Position numbers and translations under genes: made by a program. A model generated the notes under the pieces. The model made no database searches, had not been told where the DNA came from, and saw only the letters and a list, made by a program, of their open reading frames with translations. Below are positions 32,874 through 33,637 of a stretch of 33,637 nt of DNA, in pieces (position 1 is the first letter of the stretch; the number at the start of each line of letters is the position of its first letter). The DNA is from Pseudogymnoascus verrucosus. Taxonomy: Eukaryota. The stretch is from assembly GCA_001662655.1 (NCBI GenBank), contig KV460257.1; one strand, written 5' to 3'.

Positions 32874-33065
32874 CTTCGCATACTCGGGATAATGGCATGG
32901 TATAACAACAAGGTTTTTAAAGGTTTGCAATGTTTTGCGGTGGGATTGAAGTTTACGGTGGACAGACTAGTGGAACGAAAACGACCTTCACGTGATGCCA
33001 AAGATCAGGGTTCTGCTTTTCGACTGTTACTGTATAGTACGTATATTGGGTGGATCCGTGAATCG

Positions 33066-33091
33066 CGGCCCCTCAATATAGTGAGGGGCCG
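33066..33091. other. Perfect 10-bp inverted repeat (hairpin) CGGCCCCTCA-ATATAG-TGAGGGGCCG
   Basis: Read directly. About 190 bp upstream of the minus-strand F-box pseudogene start. Confidence 0.75.
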
Positions 33092-33508
33092 GGAGTCTTA
33101 TCAGTACGGGCAGAACCAAGTGGAGGATGCACATACTACAAATGTCAAGACCCTCCGATGGCTTTCACCTCCCAGTAGTGCAGCGCATAATGAGATCAAG
33201 ATTGTCCAGTAGAAAAAATTACCATGCCCTGTGAGAAGTTCGAATGTCGTTAGTTTCATAGATTTGGTTCCTTCTCGAAATCTCGAAATCACGTGAACGT
33301 CATAATGTAGTAGTCACTCGCTTTAGCTTCCTGCGGTTTTGATGTGGCACCTTTTTGGGGGCTCATTTTACGTGGCTGATTTGTGGCTCGCAAATGGATC
33401 ATTAAAAATAGGAGCAAGGCAGGTACGTAACCTAAACGGTCACACTCCGGTACTATTACGAAATTGTCGCGAGACTGACACGAAATTGACACGAAAACGT
33501 CGCGTCGC

Positions 33509-33585
33509 CTCACCCTGCTAACCTTGCTCACCCCTCGGCTCACCCTGCTCACCCTGCTCACCCTGCTCACCCTCGCTTCACCCCT
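33509..33585 (+). repeat. 9-bp tandem repeat (CTCACCCTG)n, about 8 imperfect copies
   Basis: Perfect units at 33509, 33539, 33548, 33557, with variants between and after. Confidence 0.9.
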
Positions 33586-33637
33586 TAAGGCGGCAAGGGG
33601 CTCAGATTTCACGCTATGCCTATTGGCACGATTGAAA

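Noticed and set aside
30451..33585. CRISPR array or telomeric repeat
   Set aside because: Eukaryotic context with no unique spacers. The units are not TTAGGG/CCCTAA.
33289..33612. Minus-strand ORF with VSR repeats (and the HRV-repeat ORF at 30448-30633)
   Set aside because: These are translation artefacts of 9-bp and 24-bp tandem repeats.

Overview
Eukaryotic, filamentous-ascomycete-type DNA (short GT-AG introns with CTAAC/CTGAC branch sites) in two parts. Left, about 1-22 kb, intact genes: the edge or core of a peptide biosynthetic gene cluster. It holds a 5'-truncated HxxxD CoA-dependent acyltransferase, a convergent Fe(II)/2-oxoglutarate dioxygenase whose motifs resemble the WelO5 family but with an HxD ligand set, and a divergently transcribed 4-exon, about 4749-aa, four-module NRPS (halfC-A-T-C-A-T-C-A-T-C-A-T-CT-T*). 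A 6-exon phospholipase D follows. The NRPS is unusual: A1 lacks the amine-binding Asp and has a rewritten A5 motif, module 1 looks like an epimerase module that lost its E domain, and A3 has Glu in place of the Asp. Right, about 22-33.6 kb, a decaying accessory region of kinase-fold and F-box genes: two APH-like phosphotransferase relics, one kinase-like gene, a FunK1 kinase pseudogene, one intact F-box gene abutted in frame by an APH relic, an F-box pseudogene with five RIP-like stop codons, a tiny Cys/His-rich ORF and short tandem repeats with a CTCACCC core. No rRNA, tRNA, CRISPR array, transposase or Starship captain gene was recognised. All family assignments come from motif recognition by eye, not from database searches.
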